A DNA stretch of 64,000 nucleotides from Eubacteriales bacterium (GCA_030531595.1 JAUNND010000002.1:2097-66096); one strand, 5' to 3'; shown: positions 40,889 to 49,331, counted from the first letter of the stretch. Numbers and translations: made by a program. The notes: generated from the letters alone by a model not told the origin.

Positions 40889-42019
40889 ATGCGTAAAAAG
40901 AAAGGTATTCTGATACTTGCGATTATTGTTGTGTTGATCGAGCTGCTTGTATGTGCATATTTTGTTTGGGAGAAGGCGCCGGATATAGCGACGAACAAGC
41001 CGGAAACGATCGAAGCAAGCCCGACGGAAACGCCTGTACAGACTGCCGCACCTGCTATGGAGCCTACTCCGGAACCGACTCCCACCCCTATTCCCGAGAT
41101 CGCGCCTCAGTCGGCAAGACAGGATGGAGTCTATACGATCCTCCTCGTCGGAGAGGATCAGATCTCCGGAAATACGGATACCATACTTGTAGGCAAGATC
41201 GACACCAATAACCATAAAATGGATTTTGTCAGTATTCCCAGAGACACGCTTCTCAATATGGACGGAGATATGCGAAAAATAAACTGCATATACTATAAAG
41301 CCAGGGCCAGAGGAGCGGATGCAGCTCATGAGCTTGTCAAAAAAGTGACCCAGATCATCGGATTTGAAGTTGACTGCTATGCAATTACAAATCTTGATGC
41401 ATTTATTGACACGATCGATGCGATCGGAGGGGTCGACTACTATGTAAATCAGGAGATCTGGATGGACGATGTCTGGCAGAATCTGTTCACTTGTCTCCCG
41501 GTCGGAATGCAGCATCTTGACGGCTATCACGCGATGTGCCTTGTTCGTTACCGTGCCGGCTATGCCGATGCCGACCTCGGAAGAATAAACGTTCAGCATG
41601 ATTTTCTGAAAACCCTTGCAAAGCAGATGATATCCCTCGGAAATATTCCTAATCTGCCGAAGGTCATCGATATTCTCACCGAAAACCTTGATACGAACCT
41701 TACAGCGTCCAATATCGCTTTCTTCATTCGTCAGGCTCTTATGTGTTCACCGGAGGATATCAATTTCTACACTGTTCCCGTTGTCGGAAAAACTCTCGGT
41801 GAAGGGATCAGCTATGCGGTGATCATCCTGTATCAATGGCGTGATATGCTCAACGCCTATCTCAACCCGTTTTCCGAGCCGCTGACATTTGAAAACCTTG
41901 ATGTGATGTACAATGATTACTTCGGCATCGGATGCACCGGAGAGATGCAGGGCGCTTGGTATTTTGTCGGTCTTGCGGAAGCCGAAATGGCTGCTGCCCA
42001 ACAGAATTATTCCTGGTAA
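40889..42019 (+). CDS. LCP (LytR-CpsA-Psr) family protein
   Basis: It has an N-terminal TM anchor and a Pro/Thr-rich linker. The LCP core reads ILLVGEDQISGNTDTILVGKID...FVSIPRDT...VRYR. Confidence 0.8.
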   Translation: MRKKKGILILAIIVVLIELLVCAYFVWEKAPDIATNKPETIEASPTETPVQTAAPAMEPTPEPTPTPIPEIAPQSARQDGVYTILLVGEDQISGNTDTILVGKIDTNNHKMDFVSIPRDTLLNMDGDMRKINCIYYKARARGADAAHELVKKVTQIIGFEVDCYAITNLDAFIDTIDAIGGVDYYVNQEIWMDDVWQNLFTCLPVGMQHLDGYHAMCLVRYRAGYADADLGRINVQHDFLKTLAKQMISLGNIPNLPKVIDILTENLDTNLTASNIAFFIRQALMCSPEDINFYTVPVVGKTLGEGISYAVIILYQWRDMLNAYLNPFSEPLTFENLDVMYNDYFGIGCTGEMQGAWYFVGLAEAEMAAAQQNYSW

Positions 42020-42153
42020 ACAAACGAAAGAGGTCATTTCTTTTGAAATGGCTTCTTTTTTTATGCGGAGCGGAAACAGCGATTGACAAACCATCGCTTT
42101 GTTATATAATAAATATGTAAAAGGATATCCAATCAAATTTATGGAGGGAAAAT

Positions 42154-43713
42154 ATGTCAACAGAAAAGAGATTTCTGCCATCCTACGATGTGATCGTTGT
42201 AGGTGCGGGAATGGGCGGCCTCACAGCGGCTGCCAGACTTGCGAAAGCAGGTAAGAGCGTTTTACTTCTTGAAAAGCATAATCTAACCGGAGGTTATGCT
42301 ACAAGCTTTGTTCGCGGAAGATATGAGTTTGAGGTCAGCCTTCATGAGGCGTGCGAGTTCGGAGACGGACTTAACGGTGCGGGCTACGGTGCCTGCAGAG
42401 CAATGTTTGATGATCTGGGAATAAAAATGGACTGGGTCAAGGTGCCGGATGCATATCGCGTCGTTCTCACGGATCAGAACATTGACTTTACCATGCCTTT
42501 CGGAATAGAAAACTGCATTCAGGCGATCGAAGCGCTTGAGCCGGGCAACGGAAAAAAAGTCCGCAACTATTTCAGACTTTTTGAAGAAATCAATGATGCA
42601 CTTGAGTACATCGGTTCCTGCGGTGCAAAAGGTCCCGACCCCAAGACGATGGCCACAAAGTATTCATCCTTCATGCGCACCGCCGCTTATGAGACCGATG
42701 AAGTAAACAAATCATTTAAGTTCGGTCCCAAGACGACTGAGGTACTCAACGCCTATTACGGCTACATCAGCCGTCATTTAAGTGAGGCAAGCTTTATTGT
42801 CTGGGCGCAGATGATATACCTCTATCTGCGTGACGGCGCACATATCCCCGCAAAGACTTCCCACGAGATCGCAAATGAGCTTGAGGCGGCGTTCAGACGC
42901 TTCGGCGGTCAGGTCGAGACCAATGTAAAGGTAAGCGAATATATTCTTGAAAACGGCCGCTGTGTGGGTGTGCGCACCGAAAACGGTGACGTGATCAGGG
43001 CAAAGTTCGTCGTTTCCAACGGCAACCCCACCAAGGCTGTTGCCGATATGATGGACAGAAAACAGGTTCCTGAGAAGGCATTGAAGCTGGCAAACGTCAG
43101 AAAGCAGCTCGCGTCTCCATTTGTTGTGTACCTTGGTCTGGACGCCGCTCCGCAGGATATGGGCATTGAGAGCTATGAGTACTTTGTGGGCGAGAATATG
43201 GATACCGAGAAAATTTATAATACAACAAACAACTGGGTCAGTCACCACAGAGTTTCCGCGACCTGCCCCGATGTGGCAATACCCGGCTTTTCCGGCGAGG
43301 GTCGCTGCCAGATCAACCTCACAAGTATGTATTCTCCCGATGCAATGAACAAGTCAACTCTCTCCAAGTATGACTATCTGCCCGAGAATGAGCGTTTTGC
43401 CAACTGCATGATCGACACCTTTGAGGAGATCACCGGCGCAAGGATACGTGACCATATCGAAGAGATAGCGATAGCAACGCCCGCGACCTTTACACGCTAC
43501 GCAGAGGCCTTCCGCGGCAACATCTACGGATATGCCTGCACGGCGATTGACGGCGCTGTTCCGCGTACCATGAATCAGGAAGCCGACAGACTTATACCCG
43601 GACTTGACTTTGTAGGCAGTGCAGGCTACCGCGCACACGGCTATTCCAGCGTTATCACCAACGGCTATCAGACCGCCGGTGTAGTACTCGCAAAACTGGG
43701 AGGTATGAAATAA
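42154..43713 (+). CDS. FAD/NAD(P)-dependent oxidoreductase, phytoene desaturase (CrtI) family
   Basis: A 519-aa ORF with the dinucleotide fold YDVIVVGAGMGGLTAAARLAKAGKSVLLLEKHNLTGG. Confidence 0.7.
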   Translation: MSTEKRFLPSYDVIVVGAGMGGLTAAARLAKAGKSVLLLEKHNLTGGYATSFVRGRYEFEVSLHEACEFGDGLNGAGYGACRAMFDDLGIKMDWVKVPDAYRVVLTDQNIDFTMPFGIENCIQAIEALEPGNGKKVRNYFRLFEEINDALEYIGSCGAKGPDPKTMATKYSSFMRTAAYETDEVNKSFKFGPKTTEVLNAYYGYISRHLSEASFIVWAQMIYLYLRDGAHIPAKTSHEIANELEAAFRRFGGQVETNVKVSEYILENGRCVGVRTENGDVIRAKFVVSNGNPTKAVADMMDRKQVPEKALKLANVRKQLASPFVVYLGLDAAPQDMGIESYEYFVGENMDTEKIYNTTNNWVSHHRVSATCPDVAIPGFSGEGRCQINLTSMYSPDAMNKSTLSKYDYLPENERFANCMIDTFEEITGARIRDHIEEIAIATPATFTRYAEAFRGNIYGYACTAIDGAVPRTMNQEADRLIPGLDFVGSAGYRAHGYSSVITNGYQTAGVVLAKLGGMK

Positions 43714-44924
43714 TGGCTAAGAAAGCAAAAGTGTCCGTAAGAGGATATTTCAAGGATCTGACGGGCTTTTTCGGTCTGACCAAGGCTCGTGAAGCTTGGA
43801 TCGAAAGCGGCAGTACCGAGTTTGATATGTCAGACCATGCCGCCGATCTGGCAAAACAGCTCCATTCCGAGCTGACAAGGGCAGTCATCACCGACATCAA
43901 AGACGAAACTCCCAGCACAAAGACCTTCACCTTCAAGGCTCTTGACGGCTACACTCTTCCGTATTTCTACGCCGGTCAGCATATCAGCGTTAAGCTGTGC
44001 ATTAACGGAAAAACGGTAACACGTCCGTTCTCCGTTTCCTCCGCGCCGAGCGATACCGACAACGGTATTTTACAGATCACTCTGCGTAAAAAGCCCAACG
44101 GCTATGTGACAGGATGGGTATGGGATAACTGGAAGGTCGGCAGCGAGGTCAGCTTTGACGGTGCCTTCGGTGACGGTTACTGGTCATCCATCCGCGATAC
44201 AAAGCATCTTGTCGGCATAGCGGGCGGCTCCGGAATTACCGCTTTCCGTTCTATCGCACGGGAAATGGCAGTTTCAAAGCGTCCGGAAAAGTTTACAATT
44301 CTCTACGGCTCAAGAAACGAAAACGACATTATCTTCTTCGACGAACTCAATGAGCTTGCAAAAAACTCAGACGGTGCTATCGAAGTATACAATGTTCTCT
44401 CCGAGGCAGGTGAGGGCTGGACAGGGGAGAGGGGCTTCATCGGTGCAGAGATAATAAAGAAGCTCGTTCCCGACTGGGATAAAGTAACTTATTTTGTCAG
44501 CGGTCCTCAGCCCATGTACGATTTTCTTAATAAAGAATTTGCAGCAATGGGCATCAGAGAGAAATACATCCGCATGGAGGAGTACGGCGAGACCGACGAT
44601 ATTACGGCATCACCGCTCTATCCGAAAGGACATGAGAACGAGATCTTTAAGATCAAAGTCATTTTCGGTACCGATGAGCAGATAATTGACGCAAAGGCGA
44701 CAGATACGGTCGTTGTCTCCCTTGAAAAGGCAGGACTTGCACCCGATACCCATTGCCGCAGCGGTCAGTGCGGCTGGTGCAGAAGCCTTCTGCTCGAAGG
44801 GGAGGTATGGCAGCGTCCTCAGTCCGACGGCGTCAGAGCCTCAGATAAGGATCACGGCTATTTCCATCCGTGCTCAGCATATCCTATGAGCGACATTACA
44901 ATTAAGGTCGATTCAAGACTGTAA
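43713..44924 (+). CDS. Ferredoxin-NAD(P) reductase-like flavoprotein with a C-terminal plant-type 2Fe-2S domain
   Basis: It has an FAD-binding RPFSVSS, an NAD-binding GIAGGSGITAF, and the cluster motif CRSGQCGWC...C. Its ATG overlaps the upstream TAA (TAATG). Confidence 0.7.
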   Translation: MAKKAKVSVRGYFKDLTGFFGLTKAREAWIESGSTEFDMSDHAADLAKQLHSELTRAVITDIKDETPSTKTFTFKALDGYTLPYFYAGQHISVKLCINGKTVTRPFSVSSAPSDTDNGILQITLRKKPNGYVTGWVWDNWKVGSEVSFDGAFGDGYWSSIRDTKHLVGIAGGSGITAFRSIAREMAVSKRPEKFTILYGSRNENDIIFFDELNELAKNSDGAIEVYNVLSEAGEGWTGERGFIGAEIIKKLVPDWDKVTYFVSGPQPMYDFLNKEFAAMGIREKYIRMEEYGETDDITASPLYPKGHENEIFKIKVIFGTDEQIIDAKATDTVVVSLEKAGLAPDTHCRSGQCGWCRSLLLEGEVWQRPQSDGVRASDKDHGYFHPCSAYPMSDITIKVDSRL

Positions 44925-44926
44925 AC

Positions 44927-44968
44927 AAAAAATCTCTGCCTTATAAACGAATAGGGCAGAGATTTTTT
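44927..44968 (+). terminator. Intrinsic terminator
   Basis: AATCTCTGCC-13 nt loop-GGCAGAGATT followed by TTTT. Confidence 0.75.
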
Positions 44969-44987
44969 CATAAATAAACAAGAACAT

Positions 44988-45021
44988 ATAACTTCGCATA
45001 ATATCAATTTAACGAAGTTGA
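44988..45021 (+). promoter_or_regulatory. lox-like 13-8-13 candidate recombinase binding site
   Basis: ATAACTTCGCATA-ATATCAAT-TTAACGAAGTTGA. By hand alignment it is 25/34 identical to loxP: left arm 12/13, spacer 4/8, right arm 9/13. The inverted-repeat core is AACTTCG/CGAAGTT. The right arm overlaps the -35 box of the recombinase promoter. Confidence 0.4.
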
Positions 45022-45046
45022 CAACAAAGAAAAAGTGTATTATACT
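45018..45046 (+). promoter_or_regulatory. Sigma-A promoter of the Xer-like recombinase gene
   Basis: TTGACA (45018-45023), a 17-nt spacer, then TATACT (45041-45046). Confidence 0.6.
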
Positions 45047-45093
45047 GTGTTATGTAAAGTAAATCGTTCTTGCGCTTTTACGGAGGTATAAAG

Positions 45094-46089
45094 ATGAATT
45101 TAGATCGGATAGATGACGCGCCCGATATTCTGATGGAGTTTCTGGAATACCATTCAACCGTACGCGGTCATTCGGATAAGACGATCATGGCCTACTATAC
45201 CGATTTGAAAATTCTTTTCCGATATCTGAAAATTCGCAGACATATCGTTCCTTCCAATACACCTTTTAATGAGATCGACATTACCGATGTTGATATCGAT
45301 TTTATTAAATCCATTAAAATCGAAGAGCTTTACAGGTATCAGAGCTTCTCACCCGAATCGGTTAATTCCTCAAACACGCTGGCCGCTGCCAGCCGCTGCC
45401 GCCGTACATCAAGCGTTAAATCTTTTTTTAACTATATAGTTAACAAGAGACATTTGATTGATAAAAATATAACACAAGAACTGGATATGCCCAAACGTCC
45501 GGCTTCTCTGCCGAAATATTTAGAGGAAAACGAATGTGAACGACTGTTGACCGCCTGTGAAGGCAAATTTGAGTATCGGGATTATGCCATACTTATGCTT
45601 TTCATCTCCTGCGGTCTTCGTATTTCGGAGCTGTGCTCGTTAAATCTTACCGATGTGGCCGAAGATCATGTGCGGGTCATCGGTAAAGGTAACAAAGAAC
45701 GGATCGTTTTCTTTGCCGACGGCTGCCGCGAAGCGATCGACGACTATCTTGCGGTCAGAGACAACGGAAAGATCAATGAAAAAGACCGGAATGCCCTGTT
45801 TATCAGCAGTGTCAACCGCAGGATCACTCCCCGAGGAGTTGAGCAGATGGTCGAAAAGAAGCTTCTTATGGCAGGTCTTGACGCAAGCCGATATTCACCG
45901 CATAAGCTGCGCCATACAGCGGCGACATTGATGCTTAAAAACGGCGTTGATACAAGGGCATTGCAGGAGGTCCTCGGACACAGTAATCTGAATACAACGC
46001 AGATATACACCCATCTCGATAACGCTTCCCTGCATGAGGCAGCTATGGCAAACCCCATCGGACGCATGAAGAAAAAAGACATAGAGTAA
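45094..46089 (+). CDS. Tyrosine recombinase, XerC/XerD-like
   Basis: I prefer ATG 45094 (ACGGAGG SD) over the TTG at 45070. It has an N-terminal SAM-like domain and a catalytic domain with GLRISE (Arg), HKLRHT (HxxR) and GHSNLNTTQIYTH (His/Tyr). The gene looks more AT-rich than its neighbours by eye. Confidence 0.85.
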   Translation: MNLDRIDDAPDILMEFLEYHSTVRGHSDKTIMAYYTDLKILFRYLKIRRHIVPSNTPFNEIDITDVDIDFIKSIKIEELYRYQSFSPESVNSSNTLAAASRCRRTSSVKSFFNYIVNKRHLIDKNITQELDMPKRPASLPKYLEENECERLLTACEGKFEYRDYAILMLFISCGLRISELCSLNLTDVAEDHVRVIGKGNKERIVFFADGCREAIDDYLAVRDNGKINEKDRNALFISSVNRRITPRGVEQMVEKKLLMAGLDASRYSPHKLRHTAATLMLKNGVDTRALQEVLGHSNLNTTQIYTHLDNASLHEAAMANPIGRMKKKDIE

Positions 46090-46095
46090 AATACC

Positions 46096-46279
46096 GCCTC
46101 TCATACTATTCTCCAATAAAAAGTAGAACTTCTTATTGGAGAGATGCCGCCTATGGCGTCATCCATTTGCTTACGCAAATGACGTCTCATACGATTCTCA
46201 ACGCACCTGACGGTGCTATAAAAAGTAGACTTTGTCTACTTTTTAATGAGAATCAGTATCACTTCTCCGTGAGAGGCAG
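46096..46279 (+). repeat. Structured 1.5-copy repeat, same family as the insert at 63743-63906
   Basis: An outer 8-bp stem pairs GCCTCTCA (46096-46103) with TGAGAGGC (46270-46277). There are hairpins at 46110-46142, 46143-46163 (TAT loop) and 46164-46181. A three-way-junction module lies at 46189-46259. The 11-mer CGTCTCATACG (46183-46193) is identical to 63825-63835. Confidence 0.6.
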
Positions 46280-47011
46280 TATGCTTCCAATATCAAAAAT
46301 GCTATCGTCTGTAAGGAAAACCGGCTCTATTCCCCTGCTTTTCAGAAAATCAAGTATTATTTCAGCGTCAGGATGATCGTTAATCGAACCGGTAAACGCA
46401 AGTTCACCGGCTGAGATTTTGAAACTGCTTCCGCCGATAAAGCCATATGGAAAGCCTTCCAGTTCTATATGCCCCTCTTTTATCAGAAGCGAGGCAAAAC
46501 CGGCTTTTTCGGCTGCCGTATGAATACTGCGGTCGGAAGTAATTATGGAGCTTTCGTCCACAACGCATACAGCGCATTTGGTATAGCCCTGTTTTACGGA
46601 CAGGGGTTCAACTCCCCTCATCCCGAGGATATCAACGCACGCTCTGTCGGCAGATTTCGGATTGCAGAAAAACACTTCTCCGCAGATACAGATATTCAGG
46701 GCGGAATCGAGCGGATATGCTCTCATTTGAGTATCAGAAAATGATATTTCAGATCCCAGTTCATTTATTCTCTTTGAAAAGTTTGAATTTTTCAGAAAAG
46801 GAGCTAAAACAAGTCTGTTTTCTCCGAGATGAAGCACAGAAAGGTCGGCATGACCGGATAGCCTTTCGTCCACATACGGATTATCCGGAACATAGATCGG
46901 TCTCAATCCGTGTTTGATAAGTGCCCCGTCAAGTTTATCTCTGTATTTATCACCCAGCAGCACAATATCTGCCTTCTCTGACAGATTTGGTTTGAGTACA
47001 AACTTACTCAT
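46259..47011 (-). CDS. Conserved hypothetical protein
   Basis: The track ORF starts at 47077. I prefer ATG 47011 (MSKFVLKPNL), which overlaps the radA stop by 8 nt. I recognise no motif with confidence. Confidence 0.5.
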   Translation of the reverse strand: MSKFVLKPNLSEKADIVLLGDKYRDKLDGALIKHGLRPIYVPDNPYVDERLSGHADLSVLHLGENRLVLAPFLKNSNFSKRINELGSEISFSDTQMRAYPLDSALNICICGEVFFCNPKSADRACVDILGMRGVEPLSVKQGYTKCAVCVVDESSIITSDRSIHTAAEKAGFASLLIKEGHIELEGFPYGFIGGSSFKISAGELAFTGSINDHPDAEIILDFLKSRGIEPVFLTDDSIFDIGSILPLTEK

Positions 47012-48377
47012 GCTTTCCGAGCACCGATTTGATCGCACTGCGCACATTTGTGACCGGTATAAGGGTAAGACCGTCATACTGTTTAAGCTCGTTTCTGATA
47101 TGAGCCGGTATCACACAGCGCTTAAATCCGAGTCTTGCAATTTCGGAAAGCCTCTGATTAAGCATATTTACGCTTCGTATTTCACCCGAGAGCCCGACTT
47201 CGCCGATAGCGGCAATGTCGGAGCCGAGGGGAAGGTCAAAATAGCTGGAGGCAATGGCCAGCACGGTAGCAAGGTCTGCTGCCGGCTCGTCAAGATATAA
47301 GCCTCCGATGACATTTATATAGGAATCGCAGTTCGAGACCTGCACTCCTCCGCGCTTTTCAAGCACAGCCAACAGCATGGCGGCCCTATTGAAATCAACG
47401 CCGTTGCTGCGGCGCGCAGGATTATAGCCCGCCTGCGATAAAAGTGCCTGAACCTCCGCGAGAATTGGTCTGCTTCCCTCCATGATACAGGCAACGCACG
47501 TTCCCGGGCTGTTCTCCGGCCGGCCTGCCAGAAGCATTTCCGAAGGATTTTCAACACACGTCAATCCGCTTTCGTCCATTTCAAAGATCCCGATCTCATT
47601 GGTGGAGCCGAAGCGGTTTTTTGCGGCGCGAAGGATTCGGAAGCTGGTGCTCCGTTCTCCCTCAAAGTAAAGAACGCAGTCCACCATATGCTCGAGCACC
47701 TTGGGACCGGCAATACTGCCTTCCTTGTTGATGTGACCGACAATAAAAACGGTAAGTCCAAGCTCCTTTGTAAGACGCATTATCCGCATGGTGCACTCCC
47801 GCACCTGACTGATGCTCCCCGGGGCTGATGCCACGTCCGCATCGGATACGGTCTGAATAGAGTCGATTATTACCGCATCCGGCTTTATATCGTCAATGCA
47901 GGCAATGATCTTATCCAGATCGGTTTCCGAAAGAACATATATCTCACCGCAGCTTACGCCGAGTCTTTCGGCGCGAAGCTTAAGCTGCCGTTCACTTTCC
48001 TCGCCGGTCACATACAAAACCGTTCTGTCTTCGCCGATCTTACCGCACATCTGCAGCAAAAGCGTGGATTTGCCTATTCCGGGAGCTCCTCCGACAAGAA
48101 CGAGCGATCCGACGACTGCACCGCCTCCGAGAACTCTGTCAAGCTCTCTTATTCCCGTGTCAAAACGGATCTCCTCGGAGGTATCGAGAACGGAAAGCTT
48201 TTTGGGTTTGTTTTCGACGCCGTACATATGCGCGGATTTTGACGGACTGCCGCCGGATTCTATTTTTAATTCAACAAGCGTGTTCCAGGCTCCGCAGTTC
48301 GGGCATTTGCCTGCCCAGTTCGGCGTCTCACTGCCGCAGTCCGAGCAGCAGTAAACTGTCTTTGATTTCTTTGCCAT
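47004..48377 (-). CDS. radA: DNA repair protein RadA
   Basis: It has a zinc finger (CSDCGSETPNWAGKCPNCGAW), Walker A GGAPGIGKST, KNRFG, and a Lon-like C-terminal domain. I prefer ATG 48377 (MAKKSKTVY), which has a GGAG SD. Confidence 0.93.
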   Translation of the reverse strand: MAKKSKTVYCCSDCGSETPNWAGKCPNCGAWNTLVELKIESGGSPSKSAHMYGVENKPKKLSVLDTSEEIRFDTGIRELDRVLGGGAVVGSLVLVGGAPGIGKSTLLLQMCGKIGEDRTVLYVTGEESERQLKLRAERLGVSCGEIYVLSETDLDKIIACIDDIKPDAVIIDSIQTVSDADVASAPGSISQVRECTMRIMRLTKELGLTVFIVGHINKEGSIAGPKVLEHMVDCVLYFEGERSTSFRILRAAKNRFGSTNEIGIFEMDESGLTCVENPSEMLLAGRPENSPGTCVACIMEGSRPILAEVQALLSQAGYNPARRSNGVDFNRAAMLLAVLEKRGGVQVSNCDSYINVIGGLYLDEPAADLATVLAIASSYFDLPLGSDIAAIGEVGLSGEIRSVNMLNQRLSEIARLGFKRCVIPAHIRNELKQYDGLTLIPVTNVRSAIKSVLGKHE

Positions 48378-48393
48378 ATTTCTTATCTCCGGT

Positions 48394-49137
48394 TCAGATA
48401 TCGGCTTTTTCTGCGCTGAACTGAATATATGAAGCAAGCATTACGGCTGCAAGCGCCGTTTGATAGCTGCTGTCAGTCAGTTTTCCGATATCAAAATGAT
48501 TAGATACAAAACCGCACTCAACAAGCACGGCAGGACATGACACATTCTCCAGTACATACAGTCTGTTATTATCCTTCTGCGCAAGGTGACGGTTATCAGA
48601 TTCAAGAGAATTGACTATATTGGTCTGGAAGATGCCGCCAAGTCTCTCGCTCCGGCCGTTTGCGGAGTATATGACCTGTGCTCCACCCGGCTGAGCTGTG
48701 GGATAGTAGTTCTGATGAATACTGACAAGAACAGGGTTTTTTGTACTGTTTGCAAGGTCAGCTCTGTATTTCAGTTCCGAATGCTCACTGTATTGGTCAT
48801 TTTCAGTCTGTGAACGGTCGTCAACTCTTGTCATAATCGCTCGTTTACCGGCAAAAACCGAAGCGGCAAACAGTTTTTTCGCGATTGCGAGGTTGATGTC
48901 GCTCTCTTTACTCCCGTCAACGCCTATCGCACCTCCGTCAATTCCGCCGTGACCCGCGTCGATGACAAGAACCGTATCATCTGAAGAAAAAACAGGAACC
49001 ATATCGCTGTTTAGCCATATAGCATCTGTTACCGCATATATTGTTGCGGCAGCGCAGATCATCACGCCGATCGCGAATGCGATTCGATCCCGTCTGTATA
49101 CAAACTGCCTGAGTAACATCATAAAGTCGTTTTTCAC
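48394..49137 (-). CDS. N-acetylmuramoyl-L-alanine amidase (CwlD-like, Amidase_3)
   Basis: It has an N-terminal TM helix. The pattern VIDAGHGGIDGGAIG...ESDINL...SIHQN...VECGF is present. Its position next to spoIVA fits a germination/cortex amidase. Confidence 0.75.
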   Translation of the reverse strand: MKNDFMMLLRQFVYRRDRIAFAIGVMICAAATIYAVTDAIWLNSDMVPVFSSDDTVLVIDAGHGGIDGGAIGVDGSKESDINLAIAKKLFAASVFAGKRAIMTRVDDRSQTENDQYSEHSELKYRADLANSTKNPVLVSIHQNYYPTAQPGGAQVIYSANGRSERLGGIFQTNIVNSLESDNRHLAQKDNNRLYVLENVSCPAVLVECGFVSNHFDIGKLTDSSYQTALAAVMLASYIQFSAEKADI

Positions 49138-49331
49138 CTGATATTATACAGTTTTTGTTCCCGATAGTCAATCAGACTCACAGTAAATTCCCACCGTAAA
49201 TCCCCATGCGCAAAACGAGCACCACTATAAATGAAAGCATAATGCGCATGGGAATTTTTCGCATCCGTTCCGGCTGCCCCGTCATGGGCGAAGAACGGGC
49301 GATAATTATAATCACTATGGGAGCGGAGCTT

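Noticed and set aside
46189-46259. The three-way junction as a hammerhead or other small self-cleaving ribozyme.
   Set aside because: The junction strands are only 2-3 nt (AC, TAT, AA or ATC). The hammerhead core CUGANGA/GAAA is absent on either strand. I could not recognise twister, pistol or hatchet signatures.
49170-49275. A 23-35-aa hydrophobic ORF on the minus strand between spoIVA and the amidase gene, overlapping a 10-bp inverted repeat (CCCATGCGCA/TGCGCATGGG, about 49203-49253).
   Set aside because: It has no SD, and the ORF is largely defined by the palindrome itself. The repeat may be regulatory, but I cannot support a call.
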